From Paramecium tetraurelia (lineage: Eukaryota): DNA of 64,000 nucleotides. The stretch's first letter is position 1, and each line of letters begins with the position of its first letter. The notes beneath the pieces were generated by a model. That model ran no database searches, was not told the DNA's origin, and saw only the letters and a program-made list of their open reading frames with translations. Both the position numbers and the translations under genes were made by a program. Below, piece by piece: positions 50,119 through 63,238 of the stretch. The DNA lies in the NCBI GenBank assembly GCA_000165425.1, contig CT868003.1, forward strand, positions 124,001 to 188,000, read 5' to 3'.

Positions 50119-52541
50119 ATGTCCAATTATAAGGAAGAAAATATTTGCATGATTCATCATTCATAAATTGTCGCCATTAACATGGATCTCAATTCAGATT
50201 GTCAATTGCGTCGTTATTGCAGTAAATGTCTTTTGGAAAAAACTTATGACGGAACTATCTATATAAATAGTGAAGTTCAAGAACATATACAAAAAATTAA
50301 GGAGGAATATCTGGAGAAAAAGGCTTATTTTTTGAAGCATAATGTGGGCACTATTGAATCCCTTTAAAATGCAATTTAAAACATTAAAGTCACTTTCTCC
50401 TATTCTTTAGATAAAATCTTTGAAAATCTATCAACAGAGAAAATTAGATTACAAAATTAATATTTTAATATAGAAGAAACATTAAATGGAGTGGATCTAA
50501 ATAATTTCCACTATTTTAAATTATAAAGCAATGAGAACTTATTTTAGATTGAAAGTTTTAAAAGTTTAATCAAAGCTTCAATAGATTAAATTAAAAATAA
50601 TGAGAGTCTATAATTTTGTAATTAGTAAATTGAGAATCTGTAAGAAGATGATGAAGTATTAACATTCACTAGAGGGTTTAATAGTCAAGAATCCAATGTT
50701 ATTGTAAATATAATTATTATAATAAGGCTACACCCAGCTTGAAAATATTATGCTAGATGCATAAGAAATAAATAATAGCTTTTGATATGAACATTAATCG
50801 AGCCAAGGAAAATAGAATGGCTTGCATACAGTGTATTGAAGAAATTCCAAATTCGTACACTTCACTTAAAACTGTTTAGGATAAATGGAAAAAATTTGAA
50901 GAATTCAAAAAAAATAAATATTAATAGATACTGGAATAAAATAAGGAAAATAAAGATTAAATTTTAGAGTAACTTAAAATAATAAGTGAGGCTCATAATG
51001 AAATGAATCTATAAATTACTCAGTATTTAAATGATTATTGTTAATCTCTAAACTAAGAAATGCAGTAGATATTTAGTTAAATGGGTAAGAACTGGGCCAT
51101 TTGCCAACAAAAAGAAATATTTGACAACATAGAAAAATTAATTACCCCGACTTGCAACTAAGAATTCTCAAAAAACATATCGGAGCATTATGCTAATGAG
51201 GAAAAATTTGTTAATTTAAATGTGTTTGATTCTATTAAAAAGATTAGAGAAACCCTCAAAGAAAGTTTTTATTAAATTTCAAAAATGATTAAAATAAATT
51301 CTAATTTGTAAATAAAGTCAAAAGAGATATAAATTTGTGAAAAACTTTAATCTATTCGACCTCCATTCAGTATGAATTCTAAACAGGTAGAGTTAAGTCT
51401 ATCTATCGAATCTCCACGTAAATTACAAGTAACAAAAGATGTTGTATAAATGAGTTTGAAAATAAAAAAATTTAAACTTAATTTGGTTCCAAAATCAGTC
51501 TCATTATCTCTTTAAATCACATTACCTTCTAAACTTAAGATAGATAAATAATAAATATAAATATCAATGGTTTCAAAATAGTAAAAAATTAGATTTGAAA
51601 ATATAATTGAAGGATAAAAAGTAACATAAGACTAAAATTGCTATGCTCTGATTTTTGATCACACGAATAATTTATTGGTGGCAGGTTGTGGTTAAAATAT
51701 ACAAACCTTTAAATTTAATTCTGGTTCTTTCCAAAGTTAAAGTGTTTTTGGCTAGCATTACAGTAATGTTACAGCATTATGTTTTATAAAGTTTAATCAG
51801 TTTATTTCAGGTGATGCTAAAGGTTAATTGTAATTTTGGAAGGAAGAAAGTAATTCTTGGAAACAATATTAGAAATTATCCTCAGAGCACTTTGAATAAA
51901 TCAATTAAATACTTTATAGCAAGAAATTCAATTAAATAATTACTTGTAGCAATGATAAAAACATAACAGTTTTAGAAAATAAAAACCAGTAAGTTAATAT
52001 ATGGGCTTGCGCCTAAACCATATCTTCCCATTAAAGCAATGTATGTTCTATATCCTTAAACGATTCCGAAACTACATTGATCTCTTCTGGTTCTGATAAA
52101 TAATTATAAATTTATTCAAGACAAATAAACTTTAATTTGATATAAACTATAAAAGTCGAAGATATTATTTATCGCCTTTAATTTATAGAGGATTCGAGCT
52201 TTTGTGCTTAAATTTAAACTGGTATTCATCTTAATTTTTACAATTTTAATAAAAATCAGGAACAATACATTCTTAATCAAACTGCAGAAGTTTAAAATCA
52301 AAAGAGTTGTTCATAAGGATTCCCAATAGGTATTTGTAAAAAACATTCTATGATTTTATGTAAACATGGAACTTACATAAATGTATTAAAGAAAATGAAT
52401 AATTAAATATATCGTACTGAATAATCTATAAATTTTGACACCATGTATTTGTATGGGGCTCTGACTTCAGATGGCAATTATTTAGTGACATGGGATTACA
52501 GATCGAAACAATTTTAAGTAAGATAACTAATTGTAAATTGA
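50119..52541 (+). CDS. Two-zinc-module, coiled-coil, WD40 protein
   Basis: CMIHHSQIVA..RRYCSKC; TPSLKILCQMHKKQIIAFDMNINRAKENRMACIQC; WD repeats TCSNDKNI, SHQSNVCSISLN, DGNYLVTWD. Confidence 0.85.
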
Positions 52542-52585
52542 TTATTAGTAATTAAATTTATAATATTTATATAAATATATAAAAA

Positions 52586-53856
52586 TCATTATAAATTAGG
52601 CAATTTTTGTGACAAAATACTATTTGACCATCCTCCTTAGGAGTGGTCTTGAGTTGAACTATAATTTTTATTTGATCTGGAAGAAGAAAGAAAATTGAAT
52701 TGAGACAACTCTTCAAGAGGAATTATTTTTTGTAATTTCAGTTGACGTTCTAGAAGACTTTTATTTTTTGTAGAATGACATTTCTTGAAATTGAATTAGA
52801 CTGGAGGTAAATCTTCAGTAACAACACTGAGTTATTTTTTATGATATGAAACTACCTTAGGTAGTTCTCTTTAAGTTAATAATTCTCTAATTTCTTGATG
52901 AGCCTATAGTTTTCCAATTTTCTACGCTTACTTGACTACTAGTTACAGATCACTTGATTCAATGTTGGATAATGAGTTTTCTTCTAATGATTCAGTCACA
53001 GTTTGAAAGGTCTCGTAATTGACTTTGCTTTGCATTTTAACCATTTTGGCCAGATCTTGAAGTTCGCTAGCATCTTTCATTAGCATGTTTTTGAACAGTA
53101 ATGGTTATAAGCCATTAACAGTCGAGAAGGATTTTCTGAGTTTGATTGTTAAATCTACTGAATTCTATCTTTTAAGTTTCCTATAGAATTCTGCTTGTGC
53201 TTTGAGGAATAATGAATAAGCTTCGTCGGCGATAGTTTTTTTTTCAGTTTCTTAAATTAACTAGCGAAAGGCTTAAAATTTGTTTGAAATGCTTTATTCA
53301 CTGAGAATCATTTTTAGTTACTATTCTCTTTGAACCAAGAAACTCAGATGGCTTAGCATTGCTCCGACTGATAATGGAACATACTTTTCATCGTATTCCA
53401 AAGTTTTCAGAATCTTCAGCATCATAATTCTGAATGCTGACAAGGCTTCTTGATTATGTGTCAGAGCTTTAAATTCATCCAATGATAAGGCCTTGTCCTT
53501 GTTATAATCGATAAATTGGTATATGGTTGATAAATCATTCACTGTTACTCCATATCCGTAGTGTTTGAATAGCATAAACAAATGAGCCAAAGTAAGAACT
53601 CCTTCATTGTTGCAATCTAAAGTCTATGGGAGTTAATGAATCGATTTACCCTGAAAATCTATTTTAGTTCCATCTATAGTTTTCTTTCTTCAGGATAATA
53701 GAGATATTGAGGTTTTACTTAATCAGATCTTCTCTTAAACCATTGGTTGGTAGGAAAGTTGTGAAAATGATTTCGATTATTCAATTGAACTATATAATTT
53801 TGGCTAGCTTCATCAACGATTGGTACTTAGTCCCATTTAACTTTGTGATATTTCAT
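52586..53856 (-). CDS. EF-hand protein
   Basis: DCNNEGVLTLAHL and DYNKDKALSLDEF loops; basic C-terminal tail ending KLPNLQ*. Confidence 0.8.
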
Positions 53857-53864
53857 TATTAATT

Positions 53865-55518
53865 ATGATGAAATTTTTTATAGTATCAATTCTATTCACA
53901 ACATTACTCTCATGCTAAGTTTATTATAACAGTGACATCCGATTTGATTTCAGCAATGCATAAGCCAATAATTTGGCATATGGAAATGATGGGAAATCCT
54001 TATTCATCACCTTATGTGGACTCTTAAATTATAAATGCGAGAAGTCTAAATCCACTAGAATTTTAGAAGAAACTAAATCTGATTCATCTAATACACCCAC
54101 TACTAATACTGAAACTACAAATACAAATACATCTACAAATGAAAACAAAACAAATACAGACACAGTAATTGATAAAAATTAAGATGGCAATATTGACAAG
54201 AGTGATACTACGACTTCAACAGATACAAACACTCCAGCAATAGATGATTAAAAAAGTGAATCTTAAGTCATCGAAAATAAAACAAATGATGAAAAAAATG
54301 ATAAGGATGATGATGCAAATGAACTTAAATATGTAAACAATGATAAAACATAATCGCTTATTGTTGCCTAAAAGAACACATGTACTCCTTATTCTGAATA
54401 AAGCAATGTAGATCCAAATCAATTAACCTTATTGGTCGAAAATAAACCATTTCAAGGATTAGTTATTGAAAGAAGAGGAATCGTAGAAAAGGAGACTTTT
54501 AAATTAAAATTGAAATGTTCTGAATCAGATGTAATGACAATAGAAGACACTGATAAAGATGGATATCTATTCATCTTAACAACATCATCTGCTTGTCCAA
54601 TCTTAGTTTATAATCCTATTACTTAATTCTTTATGGATTTTAAATTGCTATTCGTCGTAATTCTTTGGGTGGTTGGAATATTCTTACTACTTTTAGGATA
54701 CTAATTAGCGTAATTGTCATCTATGATACTTGCTGTTCTAATGGGTTTTGGATTCACAACCATTGTCATAGGAGAAGCCACATTAAATAGCGACTCTAGT
54801 TATGCAGCTACCTGGGTAGTAGTAGGATCAGGAGTATTAGTAGCTTTCATATATTTCAATGCTTCTATGTAAAGATTCTTTTTCCTTCTATTTAATTTTG
54901 GATTCAGTGTTGGAGTAATTTTATCTTTGATGATTCAATCCTTGTTTTACTATTCAATAGAAACAGATTTGATGTTCTTCCCTTTAACAATCTCCATTAT
55001 TGTTTCTGGAGGTATTTTAGGGTTGCTTGGTCTCAGATATAATCTCTAGATGGGAATTGTATCTACTTCATTAGTTGGTGTAAGTATATTATCATGAATT
55101 AGGCTTATTGCTTAATAAGACCTATTGGTTTTCTTGCAGGAGGTTACCCAAACGAATTGTTGTTAACTAAAAAGGCTGAGTATGGATTTGATATCGATAT
55201 TGAATATTCAGTTTATGCCTATAATGCTGTGATTATCCTAGTGGCCATATTTTTTGGAATCTTTTAAAGAAGATAACATCTAAAAAGAGTGGCTCTTGAC
55301 GATCAATTATAGGCTGATATCAGATATTACGAAATGGGTAATGTAGAAGATGAAGAAAAATAAGTAAATTTTCTTACCCTATTCTATAGAAAAGATAAAG
55401 TAAAAATAGTGATAAGAATGTGACTGTCATTTTTGCTAAACATCTTGAAAATTAAGGTGAAGAACTTTAAGATAAAAAAAGACACTCTCATTTAACTGGT
55501 AGTGATATCAATGATTGA
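53865..55518 (+). CDS. Signal peptide, MRH (M6P-receptor-like) lumenal domain and TMEM198/DUF4203-type 7TM protein
   Basis: FDFS..ITLCG..LKLKC..TSSACP, then VGIFLLLLG..STSLVGAY..IRPIG..GGYPNE; T/N/D-rich insert at ~54070-54330. Confidence 0.7.
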
Positions 55519-55959
55519 TTATTGATGATTGTTAATGTCAATATTTTATGTAAAAAAATTCAACTTTTCACTCATAATTATATTTTGATTTTTCATCTTA
55601 TATAAACAATCACTATTTATTGATCCTCTATTGCTGTAGATTTTAAATTAGATTGTTTATCCAACCTTTAATAAATAATTTTCTAAAACTACAGTATCAT
55701 TATTATATATTAAATTTAATTAAATGAAGAATTTAATTTTCTTCAAACTAAAGATTGAATAGAAATTTTATCAGACTATTAAAAATACTTCCAGTTATCC
55801 AACACTCAAATTTGTAGATCTATATTGGTCTATGTTATCTGCAAAAATACATTCATTTCTTTTTTTTTAAATTATCTATTATTATCATTAAATGTTATTA
55901 TTCGTGTGTTTACGGATGTTTGTTATTGATTTTTTAAATTAATTACTTAATTTTCATTC

Positions 55960-56173
55960 CATTTTGCTTCTATTTTAGTTTGTTATTATGAGACTTTCTA
56001 GTATCAATAGAGAATTAATCGTAATCCAAATAATCCTTATGATTTTTTTTATGTTTCTTTTATTGTTCTTAGAGATTAGAATTAATTAGGTTAATCTATT
56101 CTCCTGAGCTTCCTTAGGGTGGAGATCAGAACTATTATTACACTATTTGATTTTTGCAAAGTATTTTCAATCC
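55960..56173 (-). pseudogene. Relic of the zinc-module (-WD40) gene family
   Basis: GLKILCKN(fs)NSVIIV(fs)DLHPKEAQENRLT aligns to GLKIFCQKHKTEIIAFDLNPQRAKENRLA with two 1-nt deletions. Confidence 0.65.
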
Positions 56174-56720
56174 AATAAAATTATGATGCAGAATTCATTA
56201 TAATTTAACATTAAATGGTTTTATTTTCTACAATTTTATATCAATAATTAGTTTTAATTTAAAAGAATATTCACATTTAAAATTTAAGTTCTTTCTCTCA
56301 TTTTATGATCATTTGATAATTGGATTATACCTATAATTAGAAATATCCTAAATAATTGTAAGAATATATATTATTAATTAAAATTATAGTAAGAAATAAA
56401 ATTGCAATTACTGAGAGATGAAAATATATCTGAAAATAACTTTAAATATAGTTTTTGAATTTTTAATGTTTACATTTTTCGTTTTGGTAAAAATTCAATA
56501 AAGTTATACTATCAATAATCTAAGTTATTTTCTGTTTATTCCTAGGCTTTTGAATCAAGCGCAAAATTTTCTAATTAATGATGAACTCTACACAATCTCT
56601 ACTTCGATTTTAAAGACAAAATAGTAATAATTTCATTACAAACCATTTGAATTTGAGTAGAATTGTAAGAATGTATAGTTAGACTAAATTGAATAGTTAT
56701 CGATTAAAAATATTAATTAA

Positions 56721-58107
56721 ATGAGTGAATAAATTTTAGAGTAAGTATTGGAACAAAGATTAGGATTTGGAAAGCATTATTGGAGATAGTTCTTCATAAT
56801 AAGTTTCATAGACTTCCTAGATGGTGCTGAGTTTCTTTATTTAGCATTACTAATTCCTGCAATAAAATAGGAATGGAATTTATCAATAATGGAACTTTCA
56901 ATATTTGGATCATCTTTTACCTTAGGGTTAACGATAGGTTCGATCATTTGTGGTTTCTTAGCAGATAGAATGGGCAGGAAGACTATATTAATAATAGGAA
57001 CAGTTTTTCAAGTATTTTATTTATGTTATAAAGACTGCAGTCGTTTTTCTTACAGTGTTTACCAATAACATAATTGAAATGATCCTGCTTAGACTTATAT
57101 ATGGGACTGTAATAGGCATGAATCTTCCGATTAGTTCAATATTGATGATTGAAGTTACTCCAAAGCTTCATAGAGGAAAAATTATAGTGGCTCTCTAAGT
57201 ACTTATATTGTTGGGACGTGGTTGGATAATGATATTAGGATATATTTTTATGGAAAGTATTTCAAAGGGTAATTGGAGAGCCATCTCTTTATGTAATAGC
57301 GTTCCGTGTTTGCTATGTATAATTGGAACAATTTTTTGGATTTAAGAATCCCCAAGATTTTTGATTTTAAATGAAGAAATTCAAAAAGGAATTGATAATC
57401 TAAATTAGATTGGATAATTTAACAATTCAGAATATCAGATGTTGACTGAAGACGAAATTTAAAGTTTAAAAGAGTGGGCATAATTGCAAAAATAGCACCA
57501 TTAGTAAAAAGAAAATAATTCTATTAAATAATTGTTTAATTAAGATAATTTGGCAATTACATGGATGAACTATTCAATAAATTTCTTGTTTATGTTTGCA
57601 ATGATGGCTATCTTTAACATTTTACCATTTATTTTGGATGATGAAAACAAGACATTGTTACATTTGTACATTTTGGATATAGGTGAGATTCCAGCTATAT
57701 TTGTAATGTTATATAGTATCGATAAATTTGGTAGATTATCAACTTTGTTATTTTCTACATCAGTACTCACTTTAATTCTATTTTCTACATGGCATTGGAA
57801 ATTGTATATAATCATTACAGGACTTGCCATCTTTAAATTCTGTTGCAAGATAAATTGTGGAACATTGAATGTCTTATTTGCTGAATCCTATCACACTCTA
57901 TATCGTTCCTTAGGACTTGGGACGACAAATGCAATGGGAGGAATAGCAGGATCTCTGGCACCATTTGTAGTCTTCCCAATCTATTTCTATAATTATTATT
58001 TACCATTCTTAATTTGTGGTGTGTTTAGTTTATTCACACTAATTTTATTAATATTTTATCCTATTGATTTAACCAAAAAGCCCTTAGATTAGCTAAAACA
58101 AAAATGA
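56721..58107 (+). CDS. MFS transporter (SV2/SVOP-like)
   Basis: LGFGKH, LDGAE, GFLADRMGRK, IEVTPKLHRG, QESPRFL, DKFGR, AESYHTLYRSLGLG. Confidence 0.92.
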
Positions 58108-58143
58108 TTTATAAAATATATTTAATATTAAAATAATAAAATA

Positions 58144-59716
58144 ATGGATTTGAAATGCTTATAATGTGGTAAGAATTAAATTTCACATTGGTGTTTGGAC
58201 AAATTTTGTCAGAATAATTTGATATGTGATCAATGTTCTTTCAGACATGGGAATCCAGAGAGAATTTACAAGGAAGATCATCCAAATATAATAAATACGG
58301 AAAATTAGAAATTTAAAATTAAAACATAGGTAAGAAAGATGATGAAACAGATGTTAATTATAATAGACAGAATGAACTAATATTACATTTACATTGAAGA
58401 ATAATTTATAGAAGTGAATTCTGAAAAAAAAATAGAAACATATTAAAATAGATTAAAGCTTTACTCCAAATTTCTTCAATTTAATCCTTAGATCCAATCT
58501 GCCTTATTTAATTTAAATAATCAATTAGATAATTATGACTTCCCTAAGAGTAAAAAGGTTGATTAAAATTAATAGAAATAACTAGACATATGTAATAATA
58601 TTTTACATATATTAGGCAAAACATTATTAAGTGAGAAATAATATGCCAAAGCTTCAGAAGAAATATCACGTTTAAACCATGAGGAGTCAAAATCTTTATA
58701 AAGTATATATTTTAAAGTGATATTTTAGTTGAATGCCAGATACTTCAAAAAAATTTGAAATATGCATTAGAATTGTCAACAAAAGCACTTCAGTCACCAC
58801 CAACTGAATCAACTTAAAAATTAAATTTGTAACTTTAATAAGGTTAATATCAAAGTCTCATATTTAGTTAAAATTCTTCATAAATAACAATAATATGGTT
58901 AGGCTTTAAAAATTTTGTAGACTATTGATAATAATAATAATAATAATAATAATAGAGATAAATAGAAATTTCAATTACAACTTGGTATGAAATTAATTAA
59001 ATTCAAGGAAAAACTCTAATAAAATGTGGCTTTTTTGACTTAGGATGTTAGAAGATCAAAGATCTCAAAAAGCCTCAATAATAATAAATATAAGTAAGTT
59101 AAAATTCAGGATAGGAAGGAGACATTAATAATGATAATGAATTTAAATTGGCATTTGGTAATCTTAAATTTAATTAAAATAGCAAAGGCCAATTTTTAGT
59201 TAGTTATTGAAGATAGAAATACAGAAAATAGTTCCTAATCAATTAATGGGGATCCAAGTAATATTTCACTTATCCCTTCAAACGCAAATCAAGAAGTTTA
59301 AAATAACCAAAACAGCCAAAATACATAAGTAATTATTTTCTTAAAAATTCAAAAAGCTCAAGGAATCGGAGGACATTTATAAGGAAATTTTATCGAAAGA
59401 ACCTACAAATCAAAAGGCCCTTTATGGATTAAGTATATATATTATTCTAATTTAGGTTAAATTTTAATTCGTAAAAGAGAATACATTGAGGCAAGAGAAT
59501 TGTTATATTAACTCATATAATTAAATCCGAAATACCGTAAGGCAGGTAAAAAACAATTTTAATTTAGAAAAACTATTACTGTTCATTAAATTGAAATTAT
59601 TAGATCAACAATAAGACGATATAGAAGATTAGTTTTCAAGCATTGATGGATGTTTGGGCTATCTATATCAATGTTGTTTTTAAAGAATAGGGGGTAGAGT
59701 ACACCCAGAATTATGA
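58144..59716 (+). CDS. Protein with an N-terminal Cys/His zinc module and TPR-like repeats
   Basis: CLQC..HWCLDKFC..LICDQC..H; helical repeats e.g. KREYIEARELLYQLIQLNPKYRKA; many introns, 3' end approximate. Confidence 0.6.
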
Positions 59717-59821
59717 TGAGGGAATCCAGATGAAAATTGATTCATTCATCTGAAAGATTTATTAAAATAATTATAGTTATTTTCAATGACAAAATATTTT
59801 GTTTATTGAGAAATTAATATT

Positions 59822-61311
59822 ATGGAAATTGAGTAAGTGATTTTTTCTTGTGAAGTGATAAGAAGACATCTAATAGTGAATAAACATTATTGTCTACAGT
59901 TATTAAACAACAGAATATTGATTAGAGAGAATGTATAGTATATAAGATCCATAAATTATTAGTTAGAACATCCTGCTAAGTATTAGATTGAATTAAATCT
60001 AAAGGGATAAATAAGTTGGAAATTAGCTGATGATCATAAGATTAAAGAATTTGGTGTCAAATACAACAATAAGCTCAAATGGTTTACTGGAATATCTGAA
60101 TAGTTACATTAACTCAAGCATCTTATTTCAAATAAAATATTCATGACTGGAATTTCAATTTTTTATTCGTCACATGAATTACTTGGAACTGGAGCATCTT
60201 GTAAAGTGATTTTGATTAAAGATTATGCCACTCATTTATGTTATGCAGCTAAATGTGTTAGTAAGGATTACATAAGAAAAAAGAAAACATCTGATAGATT
60301 TGATAGGTTAGTGAATGAAATTGAAATATTAAGAACCTTAAAATCACATCCTAATTTAATCAAATTGCAAGAGTTATACGAAGGGGAAAATAGTTACTAT
60401 TTAATATTTGATTATTTGGAAGGAGAGACTCTCCACAAATATGTCAAGAATAATGGTCATCTCATGACAGAACCTACTGTAAGGAGTATCCTTTAAGTAA
60501 AAGAATTCAATTAAATATCATAGTAACTATTGTTAGGAATCAAAATGTGCCATCAATAAAATATAATACATAGAGACATGAAATTAGAAAACGTGGTACT
60601 TACAAAAACGAATAAACCAGAAAACATTAAGATTATTGACTTTGGATTGGCTATTTTTAATACTCAGAATCATCCTTTTTCCATCTGTGGAACTCCTGGT
60701 TATATTGCACCTGAAATTTTAAATTATGAAGATAACAAATATAAGTCAGAGTAATTTATTTACACTCCTTAGATTGATATGTTTGGAATTGGAGCCATGC
60801 TATATAGAATGTAAGTTTATTCTCTTGTAATAGAATGACAAGAGAACCTTTATTCAATGCCGATAAAACTAAAGAACTTCTACATAAGAATTAAAAATGT
60901 CTATTTATAAAAAGAACCATTTCTCAATATTCTTATATTCTGAATTAAATTCTTTTTGGATTGCTGGAGTTTAATCCAAAAAAAAGATTCTCTGCTGATC
61001 AAGCCTTGGAATTACTTTAATCTCAATAAATCAATTAAATAACTTTGAAACATGAATCTAACAGAAACATTAATTTATCGCAAGAATTTCAAATACCTAC
61101 AGACTTGGATGTTATTTAAATTCCTTATTTATTTCCGAATAGGAAAATCAAAAAGGAAATGGGTTTTTATCATTCATATCATATCAACGAAGATATAATA
61201 TAAGGATTTAGGAAATCTTATCTACCTTCTTTTAGTATAAGACAGAGTCTGGATGTTGATCATGATAGTTTAAAAGAGGAAACTGACAGAGATTAAGTTT
61301 TAGAACTATGA
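59822..61311 (+). CDS. Ser/Thr protein kinase (CAMK-like) with an N-terminal beta-rich extension
   Basis: LGTGASCKV, YAAK, NEIEIL, HRDMKLEN, DFGLA, CGTPGYIAPE, DMFGIG. Confidence 0.93.
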
Positions 61312-61402
61312 TATGATTTTCAAAATTATATTATAATTTATGCAATATTATGAAATTTAATATCATTGTTAACAAAATTAAATATAAAATAATTTATAGT
61401 AA

Positions 61403-63197
61403 ATGAATGAATTATAATTCCTTTAATATAGATATTAATTGAGAATAAGAGAATAAAAGTCAGCAAAAGACTTATGGCTTTCAACCTATTGCTGCTTTTT
61501 GTATATGCTACTAAAAGCATTCAATATTACGGGGAAGATGGCAATGGTGCAACTTTATGATTTCATTTATTCAACCAATTTTCCATTAGATCCTGATCCA
61601 GGACTAGTAAGTTTTGGAAATATTTAGTACAATCAAATATTAATTTTCGTAGATGGTTTTGTTACGAAATGGCTGCTCCTTTTAGTTTACCTATGATTCC
61701 AATGCTCTTATAAAAAGTGCAGTTCAGATACATATTTTTCTTTTCCTCATTTGGATCTATTTTGTTCATTTTCCCCCTTTAATTTGCAACGATTTGTAAG
61801 GATTCTCAAGTGTCAATCTGCAATATCTATGTTATGTGGACTTTTACTATAGTGTTTTCATTTATTTCAGGATTTAGTAAGACTTTGCTGCTTTTTTCGA
61901 TGCTGTATTATTTGTCTAATTTGGCTGGTGGTCGAGAGAAGATTATTTACTACAGTTCATTCTATTTTATGTATGTATATAGATTTTATAATTTAAAAAT
62001 TAGACATCAATTTTAATGGTTGATAGGTAGTCTGATAGGAAATTTGCTGGTTCATTTTTGCAGCAGAGGGTCATTAGTAGAAACATTAAAGCATGTTTAT
62101 ATTATATTGATAGTCAGTTCTTTGTTTTTATGTATGTTATTCTTAACGATTCCGGATGAAAAAAAGAAATCTAAATTTAAAAAGTTTAACAAAATAATCA
62201 CCTAATTGCTCATTCAAAATGGAAAGGAGAACCAGAAGGTTTTGAGGTTGGAACTATAAAAAATGAATTAGAAAAACCAAACTAATTAATTATACAATAA
62301 GCTGATTGATGGGGAGGCTGAGGCTGAGGCTGATGAAAAAAATAAGATTAAATAAATTATGGATTCATAGGTGTAAATGATGCAGACTTAACAGTTTTTT
62401 ACAATTCAAAGTTTTTCATATGAGGAAAATAATCTACAGGACATTCTATCAGAAAAACCAAAGTCATCTGAAGATTTGAATTGGATTTATGCTAGTTAAA
62501 AGACAATATCAATTGAGGAATATGTCAAAAATAACTACTTTGGGAATTTATATCTAACCTTATCTGTTCTATGTTTAGATGGATTCTATAATTTCATAAT
62601 ATTGATTTTCAATGTTGGAAGTATGCTGTCCTTTTTATTGTTGTAATTGCCTAATCTATTGACAATAAATTCAGTATTGGATCCAGAAGTCAGAGCCGCT
62701 ACAATATATGAAGGATTTCTGTATGTTGGGATAGGTCAGATTTTTGGATGCTTTTATATGGGGTTGTTTGGAGACTTCTCTTAAAAAATTACGTAAGGAA
62801 TTTTGTAATAAAATAGAGGACTATATTATATCCTTGGAGTATATCAGTTGGGTTGCTTTTTGGCCTGGGGAATCTACATCTTTTAAATAGACTTTTTAAT
62901 ATTTTCAATGTCATTCATCTTGGGATTTACTTGTTCAGCCATGATGTCAACTACAATATCATTTTAGATAGTTTATTTTCATAAAGTATAAATTTGTATT
63001 GAAAATAGTTCATCTACTCAGTAGATTTGATGTATATAATTTTCAGTTTCTCTTTCTCCGTCACCTCCATATTATATATTATTACTAACTTTTTCGGAAA
63101 ATTTAATGGTTTGATACTGCTATAGATTTCAGGGATAATGGGATTATTATCCATTTGGAGGATACATAAAAAATTGAAGGCAAAATTGAATAAATGA
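61403..63197 (+). CDS. UNC-93-like/MFS membrane protein
   Basis: About 12 hydrophobic segments in two halves around a hydrophilic loop; SFISGFSKTLL..YLSN, MGLFGD motifs; several introns. Confidence 0.65.
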
Positions 63198-63238
63198 CAA
63201 TGACTAATTATTATACAATAACGAATGAATAGCTTTGT

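Noticed and set aside
56095..56128. GC-rich hairpin as a possible ncRNA
   Set aside because: Better explained as residual coding sequence of the zinc-module pseudogene on the minus strand.
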